NCBI GenBank assembly: GCA_965218975.1
Contig: OZ244717.1
Coordinates: 320,001-384,000, forward strand
Direction of reading: 5' to 3'
DNA: 64,000 bases
Source: Candidatus Oxydemutatoraceae bacterium
GTDB lineage: Bacteria > Pseudomonadota > Gammaproteobacteria > Poriferisulfidales > Oxydemutatoraceae
Positions 26,868 through 38,433 of the stretch are shown piece after piece. How positions within the stretch are numbered: position 1 is the stretch's first letter; every line of letters starts with the position of its first letter. The position numbers were made by a program, and so were the translations under genes. The notes beneath the pieces were generated by a model that was given only the letters and a program-made list of their open reading frames with translations, made no database searches and was not told the DNA's origin.

Positions 26868-28589
26868 ATGCTCATGCCAAGACAAGTGATCCAACAGGAA
26901 TTACCCCTGCCTTTTCCAAAGCTTGGCGCAGACATGCCATTATTGCCGGCGCGTATGGTGAATGAGTACGAATATTGCCCGCGTCTCGCTTATCTGGAGT
27001 GGGTACAAAAAGAATGGGCAGATTCGTCGGATACCGTCGAGGGCAAGTATCGGCATCGTCGCGTCGATAGATTCGGGGGCAATTTGCCGGACCCGGAGCA
27101 GGTGGCGGCAGACGAAACATTTCACGCGCGTTCGATTACTTTGTCCTCGAATCAACTCGGGGTTATTGCAAAACTTGATTTGGTGGAAGGGGAAGGCAAT
27201 GCCGTTATCCCTGTAGATTATAAAAAGGGGAAACGCCCCCATGTGGCACGAGGTGCATACGATCCCGAACGTGTTCAACTATGCCTGCAGGGCATGTTGT
27301 TGGAAGAGCACGGTTATGAATGTGCGGAGGGGATCTTGTATTACGCGGAATCGAAGGAACGGATACGTGTGATCTTTGATAAAGAATTGAAAAACAAAAC
27401 CCTGTCCGCAGTCTCTAGCCTGCGCCTCATGGCTGCCGGCAAAAAAATGCCGCCGCCTTTGGAAGACAGCCCTAAATGCCCGCGTTGTTCTTTGGTTGGC
27501 ATCTGCCTTCCGGATGAAGTTAACTTTTTGAAGTATATGAAAACACCGCCGAGACCTCTAAGTGTCGCGCAGGACGACAGCCTTCCGGTATATGTGCAGG
27601 CCAACCGCGCCTCTGTCAAAAAGGCAGGAGAGACTCTGGAAATCCTGGTTGAGGATAAGTTAGTCAAGAAAGCCCGTTTGCCGGAGGTTTCGCAAGTAGT
27701 CTTAATGGGCAATGTATATCTCACCACTCCCGCTTTGTGCGAACTCATGCGCCGGGAAATTCCGATCACTTGGCATTCCTTTGGCGGCTGGTTTCTGGGG
27801 CATACCATTGGCACCGGACACAAAAATGTCGAGCTGCGCACGGCACAGTTCAAGGCCAGTTTTGATGAACAGGTGTGTCTGACTTTGTCTAAAGGGTTCG
27901 TGCGCGCCAAGATTCAGAATTGTCGCATCATGATGCGGAGAAACTGGAAGCTGAAAGATAAGCCTGCCAGACTGTACCGTGCATTTCACCAAGATGCTAA
28001 CCGGTCTGACCGTGTGTCTTCAATAACCGAATTATTGGGTGTGGAGGGTAATGCGGCAGCGCGATATTTCGGTGAATTTCAAAATTTGATCAAGCGGGAA
28101 AAGGACACGGATCAATTTATTTTTGAGTTTGAGAAGCGCAACCGTCGTCCGCCGGCAGACCCAGTCAATGCTTTATTGTCATACGCTTATAGCCTTTTAA
28201 CACGTACCTGGACGGTTACCCTTACTGCGGTAGGGTTTGATGCATACCGTGGATTTTTTCATCAGCCCCGCTATGGCCGTCCGGCGCTGGCGCTGGATAT
28301 GATGGAACCCTTTCGTCCTTTGGTTGCCGATTCCACAGTGTTGATGGCAATTAACAACGGTGAAGTTCGTCCGGGCGATTTCATATCTGCGGCTGGTAGC
28401 TTCAATCTGACGCCTGCAGGAAGAAAACGGTTTATCGGAACATTTGAACGGCGACTGAGTCAGGAAATTATTCACCCGCTGTTCGGCTATAAAATCAGTT
28501 ACCGCCGCCTGTTTGAGGTGCAAGCCAGACTGTTGGCTCGATTCCTTCTTGGCGAGTTGATTGAGTTTCCCCAATTTACCACGCGGTGA
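26868..28589 (+). CDS. cas1: Cas4-Cas1 fusion
   Basis: Cas4 part: YCPR, LDLVE, PVDYKKG, CPRCSLVGIC. Cas1 part: LLGVEGNAAARYF, RNRRPPADPVNALLSYAY, GFFH, LALDMMEPFRP. Confidence 0.95.
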   Translation: MLMPRQVIQQELPLPFPKLGADMPLLPARMVNEYEYCPRLAYLEWVQKEWADSSDTVEGKYRHRRVDRFGGNLPDPEQVAADETFHARSITLSSNQLGVIAKLDLVEGEGNAVIPVDYKKGKRPHVARGAYDPERVQLCLQGMLLEEHGYECAEGILYYAESKERIRVIFDKELKNKTLSAVSSLRLMAAGKKMPPPLEDSPKCPRCSLVGICLPDEVNFLKYMKTPPRPLSVAQDDSLPVYVQANRASVKKAGETLEILVEDKLVKKARLPEVSQVVLMGNVYLTTPALCELMRREIPITWHSFGGWFLGHTIGTGHKNVELRTAQFKASFDEQVCLTLSKGFVRAKIQNCRIMMRRNWKLKDKPARLYRAFHQDANRSDRVSSITELLGVEGNAAARYFGEFQNLIKREKDTDQFIFEFEKRNRRPPADPVNALLSYAYSLLTRTWTVTLTAVGFDAYRGFFHQPRYGRPALALDMMEPFRPLVADSTVLMAINNGEVRPGDFISAAGSFNLTPAGRKRFIGTFERRLSQEIIHPLFGYKISYRRLFEVQARLLARFLLGELIEFPQFTTR

Positions 28590-28593
28590 GACA

Positions 28594-28884
28594 TTGGAAG
28601 AACATCTTTATGTCATTGCTTATGACATTTCCGATCAAGCAAGGGGGCGCCTGATATTCAAACTGCTGCATGGTTATGGGGAATGGTTGCAAATGTCTGT
28701 CTTTCAATGCCGGCTATCCCGTCGTCGTCATGCGGAATTGATTGCCATGCTGGACGAAATTATCCACCACACGGAAGATCATGTTATGCTGATGGACCTG
28801 GGATTAGCGGATTCGGTTAAACCGAAAATTGTAAGTCTAGGCAAAGGTTTTCAACCGGTGGAAAGGGAACCGATTATTGTCTGA
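28594..28884 (+). CDS. cas2: Cas2
   Basis: YVIAYDISD, GYGEWLQMSVFQC. TTG start inferred just after the cas1 stop. Confidence 0.92.
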   Translation: MEEHLYVIAYDISDQARGRLIFKLLHGYGEWLQMSVFQCRLSRRRHAELIAMLDEIIHHTEDHVMLMDLGLADSVKPKIVSLGKGFQPVEREPIIV

Positions 28885-29095
28885 TGTTCTTCCGTTCTTC
28901 ATAACTCCCGCGAGAGCCTAGGTGATGAACGTTTGTCCGGGCAGTGCTCGCATAAAAATGTTCTTTGACAATCAGTATCTTACAGGTGACATCTTGCAAA
29001 AAAAATACAAGAAACACGACAGTGTTATGATGCATTTAGACCTCTCGAAATGGCTTTCTATAATCTTTGCCAAACAATAGGTTATGGGATGTGCT
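28885..29095 (+). promoter_or_regulatory. CRISPR leader
   Basis: AT-rich non-coding stretch between cas2 and the first repeat, containing TTGACA and TATAAT hexamers. The repeat ends in ATTGAAGC, consistent with + strand transcription. Confidence 0.8.
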
Positions 29096-32000
29096 GTATT
29101 CCGTAGCTATATGCTACGGCCTCATTGAAGCATCTCCATTTTATACGCGGCAGAATTACCGCGTGATGTATTCCGTAGCTATATGCTACGGCCTCATTGA
29201 AGCGATATGGCCACATTCGGCGATGAGGACGATGACATCAGTATTCCGTAGCTATATGCTACGGCCTCATTGAAGCTAGAAGTAGTGGTTTTATACCTTG
29301 ATAGAAGTTTTGTTGTATTCCGTAGCTATATGCTACGGCCTCATTGAAGCCGACACTGTATGTGATCGCGAGCTACTCTGTGACACGTATTCCGTAGCTA
29401 TATGCTACGGCCTCATTGAAGCGAGAATAATGAAAAGTAAGATGAAAACACCTGCTTATGTATTCCGTAGCTATATGCTACGGCCTCATTGAAGCTTTTG
29501 CAGCAAGCTGCTAAAATTATGATAACAGATTGTATTCCGTAGCTATATGCTACGGCCTCATTGAAGCTTCTAAGTTCGGCTTCCATCATTTGTTGAGCAC
29601 CTGGTATTCCGTAGCTATATGCTACGGCCTCATTGAAGCATCTACAAGTCGCTCGCATCTCCGCACGTCATCGGCGTATTCCGTAGCTATATGCTACGGC
29701 CTCATTGAAGCAGCACCGGTAGTTTCTGTTGAAGAACTTGCTATGAAGTATTCCGTAGCTATATGCTACGGCCTCATTGAAGCCAATGCCAAAGACCTAA
29801 TGCACCATGTCATTAGATGTATTCCGTAGCTATATGCTACGGCCTCATTGAAGCATCGACCAGCCGCTCGCATTTCTGCACGTCATCGGCGTATTCCGTA
29901 GCTATATGCTACGGCCTCATTGAAGCGAGATAACCGTCAGTAATTCCGCAAAGAATTTTGTGGTATTCCGTAGCTATATGCTACGGCCTCATTGAAGCGA
30001 TTACTTGGGCACAAGAAACGAAAGCAGCATATCGTATTCCGTAGCTATATGCTACGGCCTCATTGAAGCGAATTTTCAAGCGTTTGCGTGTACCAGATAT
30101 GCCGGGTATTCCGTAGCTATATGCTACGGCCTCATTGAAGCCGTACAGGCAGTCACGCATCGGAGATCGGCATCGCGGTATTCCGTAGCTATATGCTACG
30201 GCCTCATTGAAGCGAGAGGTTAGCTGCACCTGCCGACTGGAAAGAATCAAGTATTCCGTAGCTATATGCTACGGCCTCATTGAAGCTCGAGTTATCTTCG
30301 CGTTAGTCGGGTCAAAAAATAGTATTCCGTAGCTATATGCTACGGCCTCATTGAAGCCTGCAATTCAACCTGCAAACCGTTTTTTACAATGCGGTATTCC
30401 GTAGCTATATGCTACGGCCTCATTGAAGCTGCCGCAAGTGTCGGGTTGCCGAAGTCGTTAAATGCGTATTCCGTAGCTATATGCTACGGCCTCATTGAAG
30501 CTTTACCCCGCTCCACAATGGCCATGATTGCTGCGTAGTATTCCGTAGCTATATGCTACGGCCTCATTGAAGCTGCGGGTCGCCGACGCAAGAAAAAAGG
30601 TTGCATTAGGTATTCCGTAGCTATATGCTACGGCCTCATTGAAGCTTGGCGGGACGCAACTAAGTCGACCGAAGGGTTAGGTATTCCGTAGCTATATGCT
30701 ACGGCCTCATTGAAGCTGGGCTGTACCCTGACGACTCCTGCGAATTTGATGATGTATTCCGTAGCTATATGCTACGGCCTCATTGAAGCGCGGTAAACGC
30801 TAACTCCATGTTCAGCTAATCGGCTGCGTATTCCGTAGCTATATGCTACGGCCTCATTGAAGCCTCACTGCCTTCGTTTCCTTCCAGCATAATTACAGCG
30901 TATTCCGTAGCTATATGCTACGGCCTCATTGAAGCTATATTTTTTTTCTACATCTTCCATGTTTTATCTCCGTATTCCGTAGCTATATGCTACGGCCTCA
31001 TTGAAGCCCACGATTATCTTTGTGTTGCGAATGATTGCCGAGGTATTCCGTAGCTATATGCTACGGCCTCATTGAAGCCGGTGTAAAATCATCCATCAAA
31101 ATAACGGTCTTGCTGTATTCCGTAGCTATATGCTACGGCCTCATTGAAGCAAGAAATTGAACATCGGCTACAGCTATGATACCTGACGTATTCCGTAGCT
31201 ATATGCTACGGCCTCATTGAAGCTGTTTTGTAGTAGTGCATTGTTAGCAGTTCGTTTGTGTATTCCGTAGCTATATGCTACGGCCTCATTGAAGCTTCTC
31301 CAATAACTGTTGGGTCAGGCACAAGGCCTGCGTATTCCGTAGCTATATGCTACGGCCTCATTGAAGCTAGTAAGATCATTAGTTCTGCTGTTTTGAGATT
31401 CCGGTATTCCGTAGCTATATGCTACGGCCTCATTGAAGCTGCAAGAGCTAATTGAAGGTGGAAAAAATGGCAGGTGTATTCCGTAGCTATATGCTACGGC
31501 CTCATTGAAGCAACGTTACACAGAATTAGTTGTATAGACTTATTAGGGTATTCCGTAGCTATATGCTACGGCCTCATTGAAGCCCACGATTATCTTTGTG
31601 TTGCGAATGATTGCCGAGGTATTCCGTAGCTATATGCTACGGCCTCATTGAAGCCGGTGTAAAATCATCCATCAAAATAACGGTCTTGCTGTATTCCGTA
31701 GCTATATGCTACGGCCTCATTGAAGCTCATTGACTCGGGATATGGACGTCCTCGATTCTTTAGTATTCCGTAGCTATATGCTACGGCCTCATTGAAGCTA
31801 TGCAAAAGATACCGAAGAATACAATAATTTGAAGTATTCCGTAGCTATATGCTACGGCCTCATTGAAGCTTTGAAGATCAATATGTATTCAATCGTTAAG
31901 TTGGGGTATTCCGTAGCTATATGCTACGGCCTCATTGAAGCACATTGGATAGTGCTGCGATTGAGCCTTTTATGAGAGGTATTCCGTAGCTATATGCTAC

Positions 32001-34327
32001 GGCCTCATTGAAGCCCATTCTCCAAAGCTGCCGCGAGAAACCCGTTCCCGCGTATTCCGTAGCTATATGCTACGGCCTCATTGAAGCTCTACGGTGATCT
32101 GACCGAGCACTTCCAACTCAGCGTATTCCGTAGCTATATGCTACGGCCTCATTGAAGCTACGCAGCGGTACGGCGTCTCGGAGCCGCACACTTGGGTATT
32201 CCGTAGCTATATGCTACGGCCTCATTGAAGCGAGGCAGCTTTGTCCATTTGCTGGAGCCGCACGCGGTATTCCGTAGCTATATGCTACGGCCTCATTGAA
32301 GCCGGTGTAAAATCATCCATCAAAATAACGGTCTTGCTGTATTCCGTAGCTATATGCTACGGCCTCATTGAAGCTCATTGACTCGGGATATGGACGTCCT
32401 CGATTCTTTAGTATTCCGTAGCTATATGCTACGGCCTCATTGAAGCTATGCAAAAGATACCGAAGAATACAATAATTTGAAGTATTCCGTAGCTATATGC
32501 TACGGCCTCATTGAAGCTTTGAAGATCAATATGTATTCAATCGTTAAGTTGGGGTATTCCGTAGCTATATGCTACGGCCTCATTGAAGCACATTGGATAG
32601 TGCTGCGATTGAGCCTTTTATGAGAGGTATTCCGTAGCTATATGCTACGGCCTCATTGAAGCCCATTCTCCAAAGCTGCCGCGAGAAACCCGTTCCCGCG
32701 TATTCCGTAGCTATATGCTACGGCCTCATTGAAGCCTCACTGCCTTCGTTTCCTTCCAGCATAATTACAGCGTATTCCGTAGCTATATGCTACGGCCTCA
32801 TTGAAGCTATATTTTTTTTCTACATCTTCCATGTTTTATCTCCGTATTCCGTAGCTATATGCTACGGCCTCATTGAAGCGCGGATGATAATTTGTGCAAT
32901 TCCCTCATTTGCCTTAAGTATTCCGTAGCTATATGCTACGGCCTCATTGAAGCCCGGAAGTTAAAGTCCCCATGTCCGCAGTTAAAGCGGAGTATTCCGT
33001 AGCTATATGCTACGGCCTCATTGAAGCGGCTCGGCAATTTCAGTCATCAAATCTTTATAACTCGTATTCCGTAGCTATATGCTACGGCCTCATTGAAGCA
33101 TGATGGTGTTTTAGCACCGTCATGAATGATGTTAAGTATTCCGTAGCTATATGCTACGGCCTCATTGAAGCTTGTTGCAGTATTTATTTTTATCTCGCTT
33201 GTCATGTTGTATTCCGTAGCTATATGCTACGGCCTCATTGAAGCTGGTAAGCACATTCGACTCAACCATGGCTTTCCTCACGTATTCCGTAGCTATATGC
33301 TACGGCCTCATTGAAGCTGTGTGGCGGAATGTCCCTTTTGGGTATAGTTTATCCGTATTCCGTAGCTATATGCTACGGCCTCATTGAAGCAGCGAAGAAG
33401 CCGATGAGGCAGGCGTATATATAGTGTATTCCGTAGCTATATGCTACGGCCTCATTGAAGCGACCGCTGTAACTACGACCTGTCACATTACATAATGTAT
33501 TCCGTAGCTATATGCTACGGCCTCATTGAAGCGGTGCTTTACTCACGCATTCAAGGAATCCGGCGCATGTATTCCGTAGCTATATGCTACGGCCTCATTG
33601 AAGCAAATCTCCGTTGTTGTGGTGCCGGCAAGAGCGCCGGGTATTCCGTAGCTATATGCTACGGCCTCATTGAAGCAACCTTTGCATCTGGGGATAAAAA
33701 ACAGTACTGGAATGTATTCCGTAGCTATATGCTACGGCCTTATTGAAGCATTGCAAATCATCCATATACGGATAAGGAAACAAAGTATTCCGTAGCTATA
33801 TGCTACGGCCTCATTGAAGCTTTGGCTTCTATTGTTCTGCGCGGTTCGGGTACGCATGTATTCCGTAGCTATATGCTACGGCCTCATTGAAGCCCAACTA
33901 TTTGGTCAACACCTATCAACCCAGAAATAAGTATTCCGTAGCTATATGCTACGGCCTCATTGAAGCGACTCAACGCTAATGACGCATACGGCAAAGCCGG
34001 ATGTATTCCGTAGCTATATGCTACGGCCTCATTGAAGCGGCGTTGGGTAAATCTCAGCTAGTGCGTAAAGTGCACGTATTCCGTAGCTATATGCTACGGC
34101 CTCATTGAAGCGATTTTCTAAGTCAGGAAGCTCCAACCCGCAACATAGGTATTCCGTAGCTATATGCTACGGCCTCATTGAAGCAAGCCGCTGTTATATC
34201 GAGTGGTCAAGGAGTGAGTGGTATTCCGTAGCTATATGCTACGGCCTCATTGAAGCTTTTCGTTATTGGGACGCAAGTCATTCCAGGAGACGTATTCCGT
34301 AGCTATATGCTACGGCCTCATTGAAGC
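29096..34327 (+). CRISPR. CRISPR array, 73 repeats of 36 bp and 72 spacers (about 62 unique)
   Basis: Repeat GTATTCCGTAGCTATATGCTACGGCCTCATTGAAGC with hairpin CCGTAGC/GCTACGG; spacers 35-38 bp; one variant repeat at 33714 (CCTTATT). Counted by hand. Confidence 0.99.
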
Positions 34328-34356
34328 GCGATTAAATGTTTTTCGTAAATTTATGC

Positions 34357-35247
34357 TCAACGTTCACCACTGAATAAAGCCTCTTGAATGTCGCCTTGAA
34401 TACAATTCTTCACGCCATTCGCATTTCTTTGTTTTGTATTTTTAACAGGTTTCCTAAGTGGTTGCCCATTATGTTCAAGATACCCAAGAACTCTCCGCAA
34501 GCCAATTTCAACATGCTTTTGTGATCTTTCAATACCGATGCTTTTTCTACCTAATGTTCGTGCAACTGCATTAGTAGTAAATGCTCCTGCAAACGGGTCA
34601 AGAATTATATCTTCTTTATTTGAACTTGCTTGAACAATTCTTTGAAGAAGCGTTTCAGGTTTTTGGGATGGATGATCTTCATATTCATCCATCTTGTAAC
34701 GTACTCGAGGAAAATACCAAACATTTCCTGGAACTTTTTTCGTATTATAAATCGTTGGAATCTTTTTTCTGTAGTCAATAAGTTTACGTTTAGCCCCCGT
34801 TTTAGCTTCTATAGCAATTGTGTCAGCGTTAAAAGTGTAATTATCAAGATCTTTCACACAGAAAAGAATCGGTTCATACATGGAACCATAATATTTTTTC
34901 GCTTGCACCCCCGAACTATCATATGACCAAATAATTCTGCTAAGTATGTTTATTCTCTTTCTCAATATAATATCTATGTAGGGCATAGCTTGGGTGCTTG
35001 TCATCACATACATAGAGCCTTGAGATGAAAGTTTATCAATACAAAGAGTTAACCATTTCTCACACCATTCAGCATACGCTTCATCAGAAGGCCATTTGTC
35101 ATCAAATCCATCAAAGCGTTTCCCAATGTTGTAAGGGGGATCAGCAAATATCAAATCAATTGAATTATTAGCAATTTTATCGCGTAATACTTCTATTGCA
35201 TCGCCTTGGTAAATGGCATGATTTTTTATTTCGTATTTTTTAATCAT
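34357..35247 (-). CDS. Beta-class N6-adenine DNA methyltransferase, YhdJ-like
   Basis: LIFADPPYNIGK, WSYDSSGVQAK, KVPGNVW.FPRVRY.MDEYE.HP.QKPE, LDPFAG. Closely resembles E. coli YhdJ as recalled. Confidence 0.9.
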   Translation of the reverse strand: MIKKYEIKNHAIYQGDAIEVLRDKIANNSIDLIFADPPYNIGKRFDGFDDKWPSDEAYAEWCEKWLTLCIDKLSSQGSMYVMTSTQAMPYIDIILRKRINILSRIIWSYDSSGVQAKKYYGSMYEPILFCVKDLDNYTFNADTIAIEAKTGAKRKLIDYRKKIPTIYNTKKVPGNVWYFPRVRYKMDEYEDHPSQKPETLLQRIVQASSNKEDIILDPFAGAFTTNAVARTLGRKSIGIERSQKHVEIGLRRVLGYLEHNGQPLRKPVKNTKQRNANGVKNCIQGDIQEALFSGER

Positions 35248-35251
35248 TAAA

Positions 35252-36139
35252 TCAAGCTACCAATTGTTCATAAGTAATCGTCTTCCCAACCATGGCCTTA
35301 AAGAGATCATCAAGTCTGTCCTGTGTATCACGTTTCACATTGCCTTCATTAAGTCTGAATGTAAACTCATTTACATATTGTTGACAATGCTTCTTGCTCC
35401 AATTGTGGTAAACACCATTGAAGCCACGTTTAATCACTGACCATACAGATTCAACTCCATTAGTATGCGCCATCCCGTTAACATATTCTCTTGCTGAATG
35501 TTTTACGCTTTCATGCTGATAATAGTCGCCTCCAATATCTTTATAACCCTTGTGGTCATCCGTATAAATGGTGGTACCCACTTCAATGTTAGCAAGAACA
35601 GCACTATGAATAGTAGCCTTGTCTTCACCTTCAACTGGCATAGCTTTTACACGGCCTTCCCGTTCTCTCATACCCAGCACAGCCTGCTTTCCCACAGTAC
35701 CGCGTCCGGCCTTGAGTTTCTTATGAGAGTGTTTATTCTTTTCAGCCCTACCAATATAGGTGGCGTCCATTTCCACTTCACCACTCAAGGCTTCAAGATT
35801 GTTGCCGCAAGCTAAACGTAGCCTATGCAGCATGTACCAGGCTGTCGGATAGCTAACGTCCAGTTCCTTGCTTAATTGCATGGCGGAAATACCTTTACGG
35901 GCGGTCATAAGCAGATACGCTGCAAATAGCCACATACGGGCATCACGCACCCTGTTATGTTCAAGTGGGGTTTCTGTGAAAGCATTGAAATATCCGCGAC
36001 AATCGCCGCACCAATAACCTTTCTTGTAGTTCTTTTGCTTGGTGATTCTGCCGGTACAGCCGCATTTGACACATACAGGCTTAGTTCCCCATCTAAGCTG
36101 CTCAAGCTTCGGCAAAAATGTTTTCAAGGGCAATTTCAT
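35252..36139 (-). mobile_element. IS1595-family (ISXO2-like) transposase
   Basis: Zn finger CVKC..WCGDC, KGISAMQL HTH, VEMDATY, IYTDD, HSAREYV, HTNGVES, YVNEFTFRLN. Terminal inverted repeats not identified. Confidence 0.9.
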
Positions 36140-36539
36140 AATTGGACTCTTTTGGCGATAGACCCCGTTCAATTGATTTATTGCGGGTCACGCCCCGTGC
36201 CTTTAGGCAGGCAACTTTTAGGAGCCACTCATCAACATCCGGAATCCATTGTTCCTTTGTATCCGAAGGCAGCAGAAAAAGTCTTTGCTTCCCACCTTCG
36301 AGAAAGGGACTTTGTAAATTGTCACGTATATTTTTTAAAAGTATATCGCTTGCTACAGAATCATCATAAATTTTATGGCACCAATTCCAAATCGGACCAA
36401 GTTTATCGGCCTTATCAACCACTTCCCCTGTTTCATCAAGGAGGATACTAACAGGAATTAGCTTCTTGTCGAACGCCTTCTTAGGATCAACAAGAGATTT
36501 ACCGATTTTGGAATTTCGGTAACGTAATTCTTCCTTCAT
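36102..36539 (-). CDS. Hypothetical protein, possibly truncated by IS1595
   Basis: 145-aa ORF whose 3' end runs into the transposase start. Confidence 0.5.
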   Translation of the reverse strand: MKEELRYRNSKIGKSLVDPKKAFDKKLIPVSILLDETGEVVDKADKLGPIWNWCHKIYDDSVASDILLKNIRDNLQSPFLEGGKQRLFLLPSDTKEQWIPDVDEWLLKVACLKARGVTRNKSIERGLSPKESNYEIALENIFAEA

Positions 36540-36644
36540 CTACCAATTTAATCCAATCATGAATTGAGCGTTCTTTATAGATTGTTTCCATAGTCTGTTG
36601 TCCTCCTTATCGGAAATACAACCTCTGCATCGACAATTGCAGCT

Positions 36645-37547
36645 TCAATTCTTTCCATCTTCAGCGGCTTTGACTGCATCAACAACGTCATCAGCAAGTC
36701 GACGAAGTTCAACATATTCAAGCACTGCTAGTTCTCGAGAACCGCCGATAAAGCAAATCTCCCGGCATACATCTAGCACTTTGCCGGCAGGCGGCAGTTT
36801 GCCGCTACTTTCATTGTCGTCGGGAAGAAATCTTGTGAGACTCGCCGCCACGGCTTCTTGGACCGAAGCTATTCCAAAAACGGGATTCCTGGATACCATT
36901 GCAGATACAAACCATTCCCAGTGGGCTTTTGTTTGCCGAAGTATTTTTCCTATCCGGTCTTTCGCTATCCCGGATTGTATCTCGGCTCGCCGAACTAGCC
37001 GCTCCCGCCACCAAGCTCTCGCAAACGGACAATCAACAAGAACACTTTTGTTCCCCCGAACATGAGGCAATCCACCCAGTTGGCGTAGAACCGAACGCAC
37101 GCAGTTGTCCGTTTGCTCTTTTCTTTTAGGGTTCTCGTTGGCCATTATCCTGTCAATACGCTCTGCGCCTGTTTGTGATGCGATCCCATTACTTGCGAGG
37201 AAACTCGGTTCGATTCGACCTTCCCGAACGTGGCACATAGTGACATGAGTCCAAAATAATGTGCTTGAGGCAATCGACAAAGAAAGGTTATTCCAGAGAT
37301 CGTACATCTTGGATTCAGTGCTAGCTGGGGGATCCTTGAATTGCGCCTCGCTCATCTTGACCTGATACAGATCGGGATCAATCAAACCAGAAACCGGAAT
37401 CTGCTCCATAGTTTTGATGAATGCTTCCCCGTCTCTGATCTCTTGAAGAAATGCCTCTTGTTTTTCGCTACCTTTCTCGCTAAGCAAATTCGCCCGGAAT
37501 TTGGCCCACTCTTTGTCGTCAAGACATTTCCAATCAAGTTCACTCAT
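36645..37547 (-). CDS. Hypothetical protein (DUF6339-like motifs), last gene of the five-gene operon
   Basis: 300 aa with an 8-bp overlap to the upstream gene. LSLSIASSTLFWTHVT and FARAWWRERL recall DUF6339; from memory, not searched. Confidence 0.7.
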   Translation of the reverse strand: MSELDWKCLDDKEWAKFRANLLSEKGSEKQEAFLQEIRDGEAFIKTMEQIPVSGLIDPDLYQVKMSEAQFKDPPASTESKMYDLWNNLSLSIASSTLFWTHVTMCHVREGRIEPSFLASNGIASQTGAERIDRIMANENPKRKEQTDNCVRSVLRQLGGLPHVRGNKSVLVDCPFARAWWRERLVRRAEIQSGIAKDRIGKILRQTKAHWEWFVSAMVSRNPVFGIASVQEAVAASLTRFLPDDNESSGKLPPAGKVLDVCREICFIGGSRELAVLEYVELRRLADDVVDAVKAAEDGKN

Positions 37548-38433
37548 CTTCGTGCCTCAATGGTGGGGGTACATCATGCGGATAAAGCAGCGTTGCAGCC
37601 TCCTCAGGTCTGAAATCCGGATCTTCCCAATTACAATTAGTGCAGCCTTTCGTTTCCAGATCATTGGCAAGCGATTCTAGAGCTTTGTAACTGCACCATC
37701 CTTCTTCACTATCTCCGTCGGAATCCTTGTATTTCCGTTGCAGTGCAGAAAAGCACGAAGTCACGACATGAGTCATAATGTCCTTGCGTTTATCCGAATA
37801 GTGCCCTTTGTCTTGAAGAAAAGTATAAAGAGCTGGACCACAATGTACTACGAAGCGGAACGTGTCTCCATCAACAGCCTCTGTATAAAATTGGCCTTGC
37901 TTTAAGCTTTCGTCCGACCAAATAGAAATGAGTCCTTGAAGACCTGATGCCCCAAGATTAAATACCGGCCCCTGCGCAAGCCAAGCACCCTTCGGAAATA
38001 TTACTTCCAAACCATTCCAGTCGGGATGTACATCATCCTTTTCAGAATCCAGAGTACAGAATATTTCCCGGATGCATACAATTACTGGAGTGAAGTACGG
38101 AGGCTCACCAAAGTTTGTGTTATTCCAAGCAATTTCCTGGGTCGGATCTTGAGAACACTGAAGTTCCCGATACGCCGAGCGAGGCGCGGCCAAAGAACAA
38201 GCATACCGGGCATGTTTTTGCGCAATCAGTCGCTCGACCAGACGGGCACCCGTCACCGAATGCGTTAGCAAGAAGCGGCTTTTGTCGGAACTAAACCTAT
38301 GTTGAACCTGACTATGTTGAACCTGATAATTGCCATTCGGGAAGGCATCATTGCCTTCCTCAATTGCCGGATAATTACGCGCCAGAATCGCGTTCGCCCC
38401 GGGGGCGCTCTTGGCGTTGATGTCGGTATTCAT
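37540..38433 (-). CDS. Hypothetical protein, fourth gene of the operon
   Basis: 297 aa with an ATGA overlap to the ATPase gene. No family recognised. Confidence 0.75.
   Translation of the reverse strand: MNTDINAKSAPGANAILARNYPAIEEGNDAFPNGNYQVQHSQVQHRFSSDKSRFLLTHSVTGARLVERLIAQKHARYACSLAAPRSAYRELQCSQDPTQEIAWNNTNFGEPPYFTPVIVCIREIFCTLDSEKDDVHPDWNGLEVIFPKGAWLAQGPVFNLGASGLQGLISIWSDESLKQGQFYTEAVDGDTFRFVVHCGPALYTFLQDKGHYSDKRKDIMTHVVTSCFSALQRKYKDSDGDSEEGWCSYKALESLANDLETKGCTNCNWEDPDFRPEEAATLLYPHDVPPPLRHEDE

Noticed and set aside
29067-34302. ORFs with repeated YSVAICYGLIEA or FNEAVAYSYGI
   Set aside because: They are translations of the CRISPR repeat, not proteins.
34328-36175. Terminal inverted repeats for the intact IS1595
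   Set aside because: I found no partner for the candidate left end near 36150-36167, so element boundaries are not called.
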